From positions 8,383 to 72,382 of the forward strand of contig LBWB01000007.1 of the NCBI GenBank assembly GCA_000993405.1: a stretch of DNA of 64,000 nt, in the 5' to 3' direction. Made by a program: the position numbers and the translations under genes. The DNA comes from Candidatus Woesebacteria bacterium GW2011_GWB1_39_12. GTDB lineage: Bacteria > Patescibacteriota > Microgenomatia > UBA8517. Under the pieces are notes generated by a model. It was given only the letters and a program-made list of their open reading frames with translations. It ran no database searches and had not been told where the DNA came from. Every line of letters begins with the position of its first letter. The first letter of the stretch is position 1. Of this stretch, positions 50,754 to 60,848 are shown piece by piece.

Positions 50754-53717
50754 ATGCATGCTGCCCAAAAATTCACGTCAAGTTGGAGAGACTCTCTTGA
50801 TTTTATCGTTCTTATAATAGCTTTGTTGCTGACCTTCTTCGCTTGGAAATTTACCCAGGGTTTTGTCGAAGAACAAGGAGAGAACAAACTGGTTTCTGAA
50901 TTAGACGTGATCGAAAATTCGATTAAGTCTGACATTGCGGGTTACGACAACGCACTCGCGGGAGTGAAGGGCTTGTTTTCGGCAAGTCTTGAAGTTGAGC
51001 GTGATGAATTTGACGCCTATTTTAAGGGGATAGATGTTCCATTCCAATATCCGGGAATATACTCTTTTGTCTACGTAAGTCGTGTTTCCGATACAGATCT
51101 AGCTAATTTTACTGAAAGGCTTAAATCAGAGTTTAGTGAAAAAGAGATCCCTGGGGAATTAAACTTTCAGATTTCCGAAGACCCCGAACACTATATAGTT
51201 AACTTTATTGCTTACCAGCATGAAGCCTACCCTGTTGCATACGGCTTGGATTTGAAATTAGACACAAACAGAAGACAAACTCTTGAGAGAGCCAGAGACA
51301 TCGGAGAGTCGGTGGCTTCGGCGCCTCTAATCCTTCGAGGGCCTGAAAAACCCGGATTTATCATAACTGCCCCGATTTACAAAAATGGCGAGCCAACAGA
51401 GAGTCTTGACGAGAAAAGAGAAGCTATCGTCGGATTCGTCAACGCAACATTTATTTACGAAGATTTGTTAAAAAACGTCTTTGAAGAAAGTAGGCATGCT
51501 GATTTGGAAATTCATATAAAAGACGGTAGTGATTTAATTTATGATTCTATTCCGGCCGAAGACCATACTCCCGATGGAGGACATGTCCCGGGTTTCGAAA
51601 GCGCCGCGAAAAGGCCTATTGAAGTCGCAGGTAGAAACTGGGAAATCGAGTTTTTTGGCGATCCCATGATCCACGTCAGCGAAGTTGAAAGAAGACTTCC
51701 TATTGGAGTTTTGTTGACAGGGATAGCCTTTAGCGTTCTTCTTTTTGGTATTATCTACACCCTTTCCAGCTCTCAAGCGAGGGCCGAAGCGCTTGCCAAT
51801 CAAATGACTGCAACTTTGCGGTCCGAAAGAGACCGAGTAAACTTGATCGTTTCTTCCATGGGCGAGGGACTTTTAGTGGTTGACGATCGTCATGATATTG
51901 TAATGGTGAATCCTGTTGCCGAGAAACTTCTTGAAATTTCTCAAAAAGATGCTTTGGATAAGAGTTGGTCTGAAATTACCTCAACCTTTAAGGGCGACAA
52001 GAAAGTTCCTATCGAAGAACGCTCTTTTACCCAAGCAGTTCAAGAAGGCAAAACGATCATTACCAATTTAGAGGATGATCACTATTATCAAACGTCATCA
52101 AGTAGAAAGTTTCCAATAGTTTCTGTAACTGCGCCCCTAACCTCCGGCGGCAAACAAATTGGCGCGGTCAAAGTTTTCAGAGATGCAACCCACGAGAAAG
52201 ATTTGGAAGGGAAGCTGAAAGGAGAAAGAGATCGCGTAAAGTTAATTATTTCTTCCATGGGCGAGGGACTGATAGTCATCGATAAAGATTACAGAATTTC
52301 AGCAATGAATCCAAAGGCAGAAACTTTACTGGAGGTAAAAGAAGAAGATGTTAAAGGAAAACTCTGGTCAGATTTCACAAGGGCTTACGAGGGTGAGAAT
52401 GAAATAACCTTTGAGAATAGGGTGACTGTGAAGGTAATAAAGACTGGTAAGTCAATTGTTACAAAAATAGACGATGACCATTATTACATGACTTCATCAG
52501 GTAAGAAATTTCCTATATCCTCGATAACCGCACCACTTTTTGCTAGTGATGGAAAAACGATTAGTGGTGCAGTTAAGGTTTTTAGAGACGCAACTCATGA
52601 CAAGGAGGAAAGGGCCCTTATCGAGAAAGAAGTTCAGGATAAAACCTTTGAACTTTCTGAAGAAAAAGCAAGGCTCATTGCCTCAATAAATAGCCTTTCT
52701 GTCGGCTTTTTAGTTGTCGATAGAGAGACTCACTCATTGGTAATTAAAAACCTCGCTCTTGAAAAAATCTTAGGACTTCCACCAGAAGTAAAATTAGAAG
52801 AGATCGAAGAGAAGTTAAAAATAAAAGGCAAAGTTGATTTTCATTCATACGGTCAAGCCAGCATGAGAGATGGAAAACCTTGTGAGTGCAAAGATATCGA
52901 CTACGAAGGAAAAATATTAAGGATCTTTATATCCCCGATTAAAGTACCCGAAACCCATGAAATCATCGGCCTTGTCGCCCTTGTCGAAGATACAACCGAA
53001 ACCAAACTACTCGAGCGTGCCAGAGATGAGTTTTTCTCTATTGCTTCCCATGAACTTAGAACTCCTCTAACTGCAATTCGCGGAAATACCTCAATGATCG
53101 AGCGGTACTTTAAGGCCAAATTAAAAGATCCCGATCTGGTTGAAATGATAGATGATGTAAAAGAGTCTTCTGAAAGGCTTATAAATATCGTAAATGATTT
53201 CTTAGATATCGGGCGCTTGGAGATGAGACGGATGGAGTTTAAAAAAGAGGAAATTGATGTTGTTTCTCTCATTGATGATGCCTTAAAGCAATATCAAGTC
53301 ACAGGTTCCCGTCAAAAACTTTCATTAGCTCTCCAAAAGCCGGAGGTTAATATTCCGAAAGTTAATGCTGATAAAGATAGGGCCCGCGAAGTCCTGGTGA
53401 ACCTCATAGGAAATGGAATAAAATTTACCGAAGTAGGTGGTGTTACAATTTCACTTGTTCCGAAAGAAGGTTTTGTTCAGATTAATATCACAGATACGGG
53501 CCGTGGAATTTCAAAAGAGCTGCAAAAACTGCTATTCAGAAAATTCCAGCAAGCGGGTTCAAGCCTCTACACGCGAGATACGACCAAAGGGACGGGCCTA
53601 GGGCTTTATATAAGTAAACTCATGGTAGAAGGAATGGGTGGAAAAATCTGGCTTGAAAAATCAGAGGTTGGTCGTGGTTCGACCTTCAGTTTTACCTTAC
53701 CAGTATTCCACGCTTGA
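50754..53717 (+). CDS. Multi-sensor histidine kinase with an extracytoplasmic domain, PAS repeats, HisKA and HATPase_c
   Basis: N-terminal TM, repeated PAS-like blocks (VSSMGEGLLVVD / ISSMGEGLIVID), H-box FFSIASHELRTPLTAIRG, and G-boxes (IGNGIKFT; GTGLGLYISK). Confidence 0.8.
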   Translation: MHAAQKFTSSWRDSLDFIVLIIALLLTFFAWKFTQGFVEEQGENKLVSELDVIENSIKSDIAGYDNALAGVKGLFSASLEVERDEFDAYFKGIDVPFQYPGIYSFVYVSRVSDTDLANFTERLKSEFSEKEIPGELNFQISEDPEHYIVNFIAYQHEAYPVAYGLDLKLDTNRRQTLERARDIGESVASAPLILRGPEKPGFIITAPIYKNGEPTESLDEKREAIVGFVNATFIYEDLLKNVFEESRHADLEIHIKDGSDLIYDSIPAEDHTPDGGHVPGFESAAKRPIEVAGRNWEIEFFGDPMIHVSEVERRLPIGVLLTGIAFSVLLFGIIYTLSSSQARAEALANQMTATLRSERDRVNLIVSSMGEGLLVVDDRHDIVMVNPVAEKLLEISQKDALDKSWSEITSTFKGDKKVPIEERSFTQAVQEGKTIITNLEDDHYYQTSSSRKFPIVSVTAPLTSGGKQIGAVKVFRDATHEKDLEGKLKGERDRVKLIISSMGEGLIVIDKDYRISAMNPKAETLLEVKEEDVKGKLWSDFTRAYEGENEITFENRVTVKVIKTGKSIVTKIDDDHYYMTSSGKKFPISSITAPLFASDGKTISGAVKVFRDATHDKEERALIEKEVQDKTFELSEEKARLIASINSLSVGFLVVDRETHSLVIKNLALEKILGLPPEVKLEEIEEKLKIKGKVDFHSYGQASMRDGKPCECKDIDYEGKILRIFISPIKVPETHEIIGLVALVEDTTETKLLERARDEFFSIASHELRTPLTAIRGNTSMIERYFKAKLKDPDLVEMIDDVKESSERLINIVNDFLDIGRLEMRRMEFKKEEIDVVSLIDDALKQYQVTGSRQKLSLALQKPEVNIPKVNADKDRAREVLVNLIGNGIKFTEVGGVTISLVPKEGFVQINITDTGRGISKELQKLLFRKFQQAGSSLYTRDTTKGTGLGLYISKLMVEGMGGKIWLEKSEVGRGSTFSFTLPVFHA

Positions 53718-53729
53718 AACTACAACCCC

Positions 53730-55592
53730 TTAATTAACTCTTTTGTCTTTCCCCAGCCAAGTCAGACTTGGCCAGCCGGGGATATCCGAATCGCTTTCAA
53801 TCCAGCCTTTGAGAAGATTCTGGTTTCGAAATTCGCCTTTCTTCCACCTTTGACCGGTAACATTGCCTGTGTGGCGGATATCTATGTTGGGATATTTGGA
53901 TTTCCAGGTTCCCAGCTTAAACACGTTTTTCCATTTGATCCGATTATGGGTCATCGGCTCAAAACCCATTTTGCGGCTGAAACCTTCTTTTTGAATCAGT
54001 TCGTAGCGTTCTCGGAAATGGGTTAAAAGTTCCTCGCGATATCCGCAAAGGCCGGAAAGCTGATTAACGTCATAATGAAGCGCATGACCGTCGGTAGTTC
54101 TTAAGAACCAGACATTCTGATTATAGTAAAAAGTATTTTTATCCTGCGGAGTAAAGTCAAAATGGGTAGGGTGATAGAGAACATCGTGTTCACAAAAGAA
54201 GATGATATCAGCGGTACTATGTTCTAAAGCAGCCACAATTTGTTTAAACATTGCAGGATAGCCTTTTTTTAAAGAAGGAAAGTGGATGTTTTTAACGCCA
54301 AAATCCATTTTCTTGAGAGTTGCACTGACAATCGGGACACTTTTTTCCTGACTGATCTTGAGAAGCTGATCCCGAACAGGCTTAGCAATTTTTTCATCAA
54401 GTGTACAATCGCTGTAATAGATCATTCCCTTGTTTGGTAAATCACTCTCTACTTCGCTGACTACTGGTTCGGGAGCTTCGGGTAGGGCGGCATAATCCCC
54501 AGCAAAATATATGATACCTTCAATTGGACCATTCTTATTAGGTTCACTTTCAGCAGGATTAATAATTATTTCTTTCGATGAAAATCTGAAAGTATTTGCC
54601 TTTAGTTTTTTTAGGTCTTCCTCAGTCCAGCCCTTGACCGGCCAGAATTTTTCGACTAACCACGAAAGGGGACGCACCTGTTGAGGCCAGTTGTTATTAA
54701 AGAAAAGATTGCGGGCATAAGATTTGGCTTTTTCCTGATCCCTTCCTGAAATTGGGTAGGGGAAGCCAAAATCACCGCCTTGAGTGCGAAACATATGGGC
54801 ATACCAAGTTTTTTTGTTTACCATAACACTTCCTCCGGAGAGCCATGTTTTTACAGCAACTTCAATTCCCTGTGAACCCCAACTACCAAAATTCTCGTCA
54901 CAAACACCAAGTTCCCAATATTTGTTTCGTGTCAGCATCCAGCATGAACCCTGAAGAGACATGGTTTCGGTTATTTCACCTTGCCCTTCAGGACGCTTGG
55001 TCCAATCACCGAAATACTGGAAGTGGGGTTCAGAGTCGAAACAATAAGAAACGCTGTTAGGACTTTTCTTAGGTTGCCAGAGAATGTCCCTGACCGTTTC
55101 TTTTCCGCAATCCCGACATGGGCCGCTTGGTCCCTGGTACCTGTGGTGACCGTCAGGACAAATCCAGTCAAAAGCGTGAAGATTTTTCATCAAGGGAGCC
55201 ATCGTCCAATCGTCGTGCATCTCCTTCATCATTTTTATGTCAAACCCCTTATCAAATGCACAATGTGCATCACACTTCATCAAATATTTTGCCTTTGACA
55301 GTTTAGCCGCCTGATTGGTTGCTGCCCGCTGTCCTATTGACTCGGGGTTATAAATTACTGTTACTCGCTCATGCTGGGGGATGGGAGGATCTGTCCAGTA
55401 GCCGTCCATAACTGCAATAATTTCGGTATTGCCTTCGATATTATTTAGGATATCTTCTATTGTTCTTGCCAGGAACATTTCGTTTCTGGCTGGTATGAGA
55501 ATACTTAAATCGTAATTTGCCCCGTTAGAAATCCGACCCACCTTTGGTGTTTCGGCATTAATTTCAACTGTATTTCTAACGGGGTTTGCCAT
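53730..55592 (-). CDS. Two-domain glycosyltransferase-like protein: an N-terminal GT-A domain with a DxH (CDAHC) motif plus a C-terminal domain related to the 58499 and 59273 paralogues
   Basis: The N-terminus (LSILIPARNE...IAVMDGYW...CDAHCAF) is paralogous to 55675..56550. The C-terminal ADIIFFCEHDVLYHPTHF matches EADFLYPPEYF and DDDTLYVAEHF in the 235-aa paralogues. Confidence 0.5.
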   Translation of the reverse strand: MANPVRNTVEINAETPKVGRISNGANYDLSILIPARNEMFLARTIEDILNNIEGNTEIIAVMDGYWTDPPIPQHERVTVIYNPESIGQRAATNQAAKLSKAKYLMKCDAHCAFDKGFDIKMMKEMHDDWTMAPLMKNLHAFDWICPDGHHRYQGPSGPCRDCGKETVRDILWQPKKSPNSVSYCFDSEPHFQYFGDWTKRPEGQGEITETMSLQGSCWMLTRNKYWELGVCDENFGSWGSQGIEVAVKTWLSGGSVMVNKKTWYAHMFRTQGGDFGFPYPISGRDQEKAKSYARNLFFNNNWPQQVRPLSWLVEKFWPVKGWTEEDLKKLKANTFRFSSKEIIINPAESEPNKNGPIEGIIYFAGDYAALPEAPEPVVSEVESDLPNKGMIYYSDCTLDEKIAKPVRDQLLKISQEKSVPIVSATLKKMDFGVKNIHFPSLKKGYPAMFKQIVAALEHSTADIIFFCEHDVLYHPTHFDFTPQDKNTFYYNQNVWFLRTTDGHALHYDVNQLSGLCGYREELLTHFRERYELIQKEGFSRKMGFEPMTHNRIKWKNVFKLGTWKSKYPNIDIRHTGNVTGQRWKKGEFRNQNLLKGWIESDSDIPGWPSLTWLGKDKRVN

Positions 55593-55674
55593 AAAGATAA
55601 ATTATAGGATTTTCATAAAATTCTAACTTGTAAGGTAATACCTTGCAAGTATATTAGACCTGATAACATAAATA

Positions 55675-56550
55675 CTATAAGCTGTTCTTTTCGCCGACCC
55701 AGGTAGGAACCGGCCAAAATCTCTTGACTAGCCAGGAAAGGGGAAGCGTTTGTTTATGCCAACCCTTATTTTTCCACTTATCAACCGCTGCCAGTGCCTT
55801 TGGTTGGTCATCCCTACTCAAACTATATCCTCGTCCATAGTCGCTACTTTTGTGCCAGTGAGCATACCAAGTATTCTTATTGACCACAACACGCCCTCCC
55901 GATAGCCAGCACTTTAAGCCAATTTCCTGAAATTCATTCCAAAAAGTTCCATAAGTTTTTTCGTCCATAAGCTCAAGCTCATTGAAGTAGTCGTGAGTCA
56001 TAAACCAGACACTTCCTTGATTACTCATGGTTTCATCAATTAATTTCTTCTTAAGTTCAGGATCTTTGTTCTTTTCATTCCAGACGACTCCGTGCAGGTC
56101 CTGAGATAAATACATATAGTCAATGGGATACTTTGGATTGTCAACCAACTCCCATTTTTCAGGGTCCAGTGCATATCTTCTGGGGACGACAACCCAGTTA
56201 TCCGAACAGTCTGCGGCTAATACTGTATCAAATCCATTAGCAAACATACAATGTGCATCAGTTTTCATTAAAAATTTGCCTTTTGCGATGACAGCTCCTG
56301 CATTGATTGCTGCTCGCATTCCAAGGGGTTTTCCGCGGTGAATAATTTTTAGGCGGGTATCTTCAATTAATTGGGGAGTAGGCCAGTAACCGTCGAGGAT
56401 AACGATGACTTCAATATCTCCTTCGGCTTTTGTCAATAAGTCAGTAACGGTTTTTTGAAGAAACAACTCATTTCGGGCGGGGACGATTACACTTAAATCA
56501 CAAGTTGCCATAACACACCCATATTTAGCGTAAATTGAAGTAAAAAGCAA
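55675..56550 (-). CDS. GT-A fold glycosyltransferase (GT2/GT27-like) with a ppGalNAc-T-like DAHC motif
   Basis: LSVIVPARNE, VILDGYW and KTDAHCMF. Confidence 0.5.
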   Translation of the reverse strand: MLFTSIYAKYGCVMATCDLSVIVPARNELFLQKTVTDLLTKAEGDIEVIVILDGYWPTPQLIEDTRLKIIHRGKPLGMRAAINAGAVIAKGKFLMKTDAHCMFANGFDTVLAADCSDNWVVVPRRYALDPEKWELVDNPKYPIDYMYLSQDLHGVVWNEKNKDPELKKKLIDETMSNQGSVWFMTHDYFNELELMDEKTYGTFWNEFQEIGLKCWLSGGRVVVNKNTWYAHWHKSSDYGRGYSLSRDDQPKALAAVDKWKNKGWHKQTLPLSWLVKRFWPVPTWVGEKNSL

Positions 56551-56564
56551 CCTATAGAAAAAGT

Positions 56565-56867
56565 CTATTTTGCAGAAATTTTTGCTTGGAGTTCTCTCTC
56601 AACCCTTTCCGCTAAAAATATTTTCATTAGAGATTGATATGGAACATCGCGGGAATTGGCAATTTCTTTTATTCTCATAAGTAGATATGCAGGAAGTCTT
56701 AAAGATATTGTTTCGGTTGTTGGTTTGAGTTTGGATAGATCCAATTCCACTGGTACAAATTGATCTAAATAGTCAGTTAGGTCGTGATTTGCCCAAAATT
56801 CACGCTCTTCGTCTTCAGTTCTGAACTTTGGGATTTGTTTTGAGATTTTAGCTTTATTCTTTGGCAT
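56565..56867 (-). CDS. brnA: BrnA-family antitoxin (CopG/RHH-like)
   Basis: EDEEREFWANHDLTDYLD matches the BrnA signature. It overlaps the upstream brnT. Confidence 0.6.
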   Translation of the reverse strand: MPKNKAKISKQIPKFRTEDEEREFWANHDLTDYLDQFVPVELDLSKLKPTTETISLRLPAYLLMRIKEIANSRDVPYQSLMKIFLAERVERELQAKISAK

Positions 56868-57144
56868 AATATTTCCTTTCTTTTTTACTTTGATTTCTAG
56901 CTGAGATTATTCTAATATTGCTATTTCTTATAGTAAAGACTATATGTAATTTTCTCTTCTGACTTGTCATACCTAGGGCAATATATCTTTCTTCTGACTG
57001 CGAATGTTTTTTATCCCTAAGCAGGCTTAAGGGTTTATTTAGGAAAGCCTCTTCAGCTTCTTTGTAATGAACTTTATGCTTTTGCCAATTTTTGTCGATA
57101 TTACCTTTGTTCCAATCAAATGATAATGGAACAGGTAATTTCAT
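56854..57144 (-). CDS. brnT: BrnT-family toxin (DUF497 ribonuclease toxin)
   Basis: FDWNKGNIDKNWQKHKVHYKEAEEAF...RYIALGMTSQKRKLHIVFTIRNSNIRIISARNQSKKERKYY matches the DUF497 pattern. Confidence 0.6.
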   Translation of the reverse strand: MKLPVPLSFDWNKGNIDKNWQKHKVHYKEAEEAFLNKPLSLLRDKKHSQSEERYIALGMTSQKRKLHIVFTIRNSNIRIISARNQSKKERKYYAKE

Positions 57145-57364
57145 ATATTCTTAAGTATATGATGGTAATATACATTTGTCAAGAGATCAAATGAATTATT
57201 TTCTTCAGTATTTAGCGTAAATTGAATTAAAAAACAACAAAGAAGTTGCACACGAGGCAATTCTATTTTTTGACAAAATACCAGCAGGGTTGTCTATCGT
57301 CTCTTGAGACAGCGTCCCAATCTTGCTCAGTTGTGTATAAGCGGTAGTCTTTTTTCTTTTAATA

Positions 57365-58021
57365 TCAGCTTTTTACCCACATCCAGGATCTTGTTGCGTC
57401 TCTTACCATACCATTTCCTTTTGCTTTTAATCCCAAGATAAACCAAGGTCTAATATTTTTTTCTTTGATAAATCTTTGTGTTGCATCTATAACGTTACAA
57501 ACAAAATCCTTTCTTCCTCTTCTTGCAGGTTGTATATAATCGTGCCCCGATAAGATGCCTCCGACTCTAAGCTTTTTATACCACTCAGTTATATCTTGGG
57601 TGATATATGGTTCGCTGTGGTTGGCGTCTATATAGACAAAATCCAAAGATTCGTTGGGAAAATCTCGGACGGCATCCATGCTGAGTTTTCGGATTTCTTT
57701 ATAGTTTGGGTAGGGGGCAATAACCTCCTTGAATTTTCTATATAGTTTTTTTAACGTTGCCGCGTCCACGTATTCGATACCGCCCTCGTAAGGAATCCAC
57801 GGATCTATGCCGTAAAATTGCATCTGAGGATTAGTTTTTGCCAGTATGACCCCATACTCTCCGGCTCCGACACCTATCTCCACGCCTGTTTTGAAATTAA
57901 GCTCATTTAACCACTCGGGTATGTTATTTCTGCCAACGTTCGGTATTTCAATTGGCATTAATGACCCTTCGTCATAAATGATTTTAATTTTTTTTAATAT
58001 GTATTCAAGAGTATTAGTCAT
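57365..58021 (-). CDS. TylF/MycF-type class I SAM-dependent O-methyltransferase
   Basis: GVEIGVGAGEYGV...YIDANHSEPYITQDI...GGILSGHDY. Paralogue of 60849..61556. Confidence 0.6.
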   Translation of the reverse strand: MTNTLEYILKKIKIIYDEGSLMPIEIPNVGRNNIPEWLNELNFKTGVEIGVGAGEYGVILAKTNPQMQFYGIDPWIPYEGGIEYVDAATLKKLYRKFKEVIAPYPNYKEIRKLSMDAVRDFPNESLDFVYIDANHSEPYITQDITEWYKKLRVGGILSGHDYIQPARRGRKDFVCNVIDATQRFIKEKNIRPWFILGLKAKGNGMVRDATRSWMWVKS

Positions 58022-58544
58022 TTTTTTTAAGCCATAATAAATCCTTCTTATTGCTTAAAACAGTTGTATTGGGCACAGCTTTTGTATAATCATACCTATA
58101 TTTAAATAGAGGGAATATTTCATCAATATGATAATAATCATATTCTTCACTATCATGGATAATGACGTAGTTAGTATTATTCGCAATTTTTTTAATGACA
58201 GACGCTCTCATTTTCCGCTCGTTATCGACAAAGACCACATCCCACTTTCGATTAAAATCGAAGTCATCCCAGTTTTTGATTAAATGAATTTCGTGTTTTT
58301 CAGATGCAAAGCGGCGATTGAGTTGAATGAATTCCTCATTACTATCGAGTGAAATTAGTTTTCGTCCTTGGTCAAAGCATAACCAGTGCATAATAGGAGT
58401 ACTGAATGGACCCATACCTACTTCAAGAACCGTACCTTTGGTAACCGATAAGACTTTCACTAATACTGGAAAATGTGAACAGTATCTCGGATTAAATTTC
58501 ATAATCCAAACATCGCTTTTCTCATTTCTACTGCTGTCCCCCAA
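58014..58544 (-). CDS. Class I SAM-dependent methyltransferase-like protein
   Basis: LEVGMGPFSTPIMHW...VVFVDNE... is a Rossmann-type MTase motif I / post-I. Confidence 0.4.
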   Translation of the reverse strand: MGDSSRNEKSDVWIMKFNPRYCSHFPVLVKVLSVTKGTVLEVGMGPFSTPIMHWLCFDQGRKLISLDSNEEFIQLNRRFASEKHEIHLIKNWDDFDFNRKWDVVFVDNERKMRASVIKKIANNTNYVIIHDSEEYDYYHIDEIFPLFKYRYDYTKAVPNTTVLSNKKDLLWLKKND

Positions 58545-59203
58545 TAGGGCAAGGAAGGAACGGAATGAGTCGAGATTGCGGAGTATTTATGCAAGGATTG
58601 ACCAGTTTTAAAAGTTACACAGGCGTTATTTCCAGTAAACATCTCAAAACTAATATTTTTGTATGGATCAAGCTTGCGGAAGTGCGGAGAGTCTTCTTCG
58701 AACCACTCCGGGCAGGCTTTAAGGGCATTTTCCAATACGGAAATTAAATACTTGCGACCGGCTATCTGGGCTCCCTCTGAATATTGTTTTGGGAAAAATC
58801 CCCAATGGTACTTATACATAAGTCTTATATTGCCATATCGGTAAATTTTTTCTTCCTCTTTTGGTAGAAATGAAAAGTATTCAGGTGGATATAAAAAATC
58901 AGCTTCGGCATTAGCAACAAATGTTGTTTTTGCGGCTTTTGCTCCGATTAAAAGTTGTCTGTAAAGTGTAAGGTTACTTGGATAATGAACCCCAACACAA
59001 ATATTTCTCCCCAATTTAATAGGTTTATGGGAGACGCTTATAATAGGTATGTTTTTCGCAGTTTCGAGAAGTCTTTGCCGAACTTTATTTTCAAAAGACT
59101 TTTCTTCCCGGTTACACGTATAGTAGATAATTGTAAGATCTTCTCTTTGCATTTTATTAATGCTGTAAATGCCCAAAGAGGAAACCAAATTACTGATGCG
59201 CAA
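58499..59203 (-). CDS. Putative glycosyltransferase-like protein (paralogue family A)
   Basis: About 235 aa. Paralogous to 59273..59992 and to the C-terminal domain of 53730..55592, with the conserved acidic-x-D-x-LY motif. Confidence 0.45.
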   Translation of the reverse strand: MRISNLVSSLGIYSINKMQREDLTIIYYTCNREEKSFENKVRQRLLETAKNIPIISVSHKPIKLGRNICVGVHYPSNLTLYRQLLIGAKAAKTTFVANAEADFLYPPEYFSFLPKEEEKIYRYGNIRLMYKYHWGFFPKQYSEGAQIAGRKYLISVLENALKACPEWFEEDSPHFRKLDPYKNISFEMFTGNNACVTFKTGQSLHKYSAISTHSVPSLPYWGTAVEMRKAMFGL

Positions 59204-59272
59204 GCTGATATCTTAATTCAGGAAGCACAGGAAATAATTAACCACATTTCATTATAGTTCCTCTTTTAGCCT

Positions 59273-59992
59273 TTAGCTTTGATTTCTAACGGGAGACTCA
59301 TCCCAGTACTTCTTTCTTAAGCTTATGGCACTTCCGTAAGGTTCTAAATAATCAGTTTGGTTATCCGGATCAAGGGGGCCAAATCTTTTTCTTTTGCCGT
59401 TAAGTGAGCCTCTGTATTCGAAAGAGATTAGGGGAAATTTTGTAGAAAACTTTTCTACTTTTGCGTTTGGAATACCAAATTCAATATCGAATTTTCCTGG
59501 TTCACCCCAGTGATGGTCATCACGGGGTTTGGTCGGATACATTTTGAACCGAGCGGAGAGGTTTTCTATGAGGGCTTTGGTTGGGGAAATATGACAAAAC
59601 ATTCCAGAAAGCTCTTCTTTCGGGTGCCAGAAAAGTTTATCTCCACCGATCCAGGCATTTGTATTCCAAGTAAATGTGTCTAGCCCGCTTGGGCGATGTT
59701 CAAAATGCTCAGCTACATATAATGTATCATCGTCGATATGGGTAATGTAGTCAGTTTTTACCTTGAGTGCTCCAAGAAGAATTTGTTTGAAAAAGTTGTA
59801 GCAAGATTTGCCGATTTCGCCAACGCAGATATTAGTCCCAAAATCTATAGGTTTTTGGGAGACGCTAATAGTAGGGAATTTAGCTTGCGTAACTTCAAGC
59901 AGGTTCTGTCTGATTTTCTTGGCAGTAATATCTGGAATTACGTTCGCTGTGCAATAAAGTAAAGTTAAATCTACCATAGCGCTAATTTCCAA
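59273..59992 (-). CDS. Putative glycosyltransferase-like protein (paralogue family A)
   Basis: See 58499..59203. Contains THIDDDTLYVAEHFEH. Confidence 0.45.
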   Translation of the reverse strand: MEISAMVDLTLLYCTANVIPDITAKKIRQNLLEVTQAKFPTISVSQKPIDFGTNICVGEIGKSCYNFFKQILLGALKVKTDYITHIDDDTLYVAEHFEHRPSGLDTFTWNTNAWIGGDKLFWHPKEELSGMFCHISPTKALIENLSARFKMYPTKPRDDHHWGEPGKFDIEFGIPNAKVEKFSTKFPLISFEYRGSLNGKRKRFGPLDPDNQTDYLEPYGSAISLRKKYWDESPVRNQS

Positions 59993-60840
59993 AATCCTCT
60001 ACATATTTTTTCCCAGTCGAAATTTTTTTTAACATAGTCTTTTTCAGATTTGCTAACTGGTCTAGCACCTTTCTGGAATAGTTTAATCAGGTTTTCTACT
60101 TTTTTTTTATCCTCGGGAATATACTCGGCAAATTCATTAAACCATTTGCGGTAGTGTGGTTTGTCGAAACAAATCGGCCTGGCTCCGCAAAGAAGTCCTT
60201 CCAAAACAGGTAATTCAAAGCCCTCAATACGTCTTAGTCCGGATACAAACTGACACTGGCTGTAGTATTGGGCAAGAGTCGTATCATTCATACCGTTGCT
60301 GTAAAACACTTCTTTGCTACTCTCTCCGGTACCAAGTTGAAACACAGTTTTTTTGACTGATCTTGCAGCCTCAAGGATTTCATTTTTGCATTCTCTGTTC
60401 CATCTTTTTCCTGTACCTGTACCGGCAATAATAAATCTGCGTTCGGCTTTAGTTTCTTTGAAAATTTCAGCGTCAACCCCCAAAGGTGCCCAGTAAAATT
60501 TAAAATTGGGAGTATTCCCGTCCTCGCGGCAAAGCTCAGGAAGATTATAATAACTCCAGGTCAGTTCTGCCTTTTCCCAAATGGGTAGCCAGTCGAGGGT
60601 GTTAGGATTTGGAGTGCTTCTTACCGAGAGTTGTATAATGGCGTAGCGTTTTTTTTGTTCTATTAATTTTTGAGTGTACCAAAGCGTTTTTCTTCGTCGA
60701 CCATAGTCGCAGACAACAACAAAATCAGCTCCTTCGGGATTTTCAGTAAGTGTGTGCTCTAATGATAAATATTTTTTCAGCGCATTAGTTATTCTTGATA
60801 TTGCGTTATCCGGCAGAAATTTTTCGACGTAAACGTTCAT
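59971..60840 (-). CDS. Hypothetical protein, paralogue family B (possible glycosyltransferase)
   Basis: 289 aa, clearly paralogous to 61541..62407: YTPLGADAAIFKP / YWAPLGVDAEIFKE; FEGFELPAAEGFLCGARPIMFDRPHYRAWFNEFA / IEGFELPVLEGLLCGARPICFDKPHYRKWFNEFA. Confidence 0.5.
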   Translation of the reverse strand: MNVYVEKFLPDNAISRITNALKKYLSLEHTLTENPEGADFVVVCDYGRRRKTLWYTQKLIEQKKRYAIIQLSVRSTPNPNTLDWLPIWEKAELTWSYYNLPELCREDGNTPNFKFYWAPLGVDAEIFKETKAERRFIIAGTGTGKRWNRECKNEILEAARSVKKTVFQLGTGESSKEVFYSNGMNDTTLAQYYSQCQFVSGLRRIEGFELPVLEGLLCGARPICFDKPHYRKWFNEFAEYIPEDKKKVENLIKLFQKGARPVSKSEKDYVKKNFDWEKICRGFWKLALW

Positions 60841-60848
60841 ATTTATAA

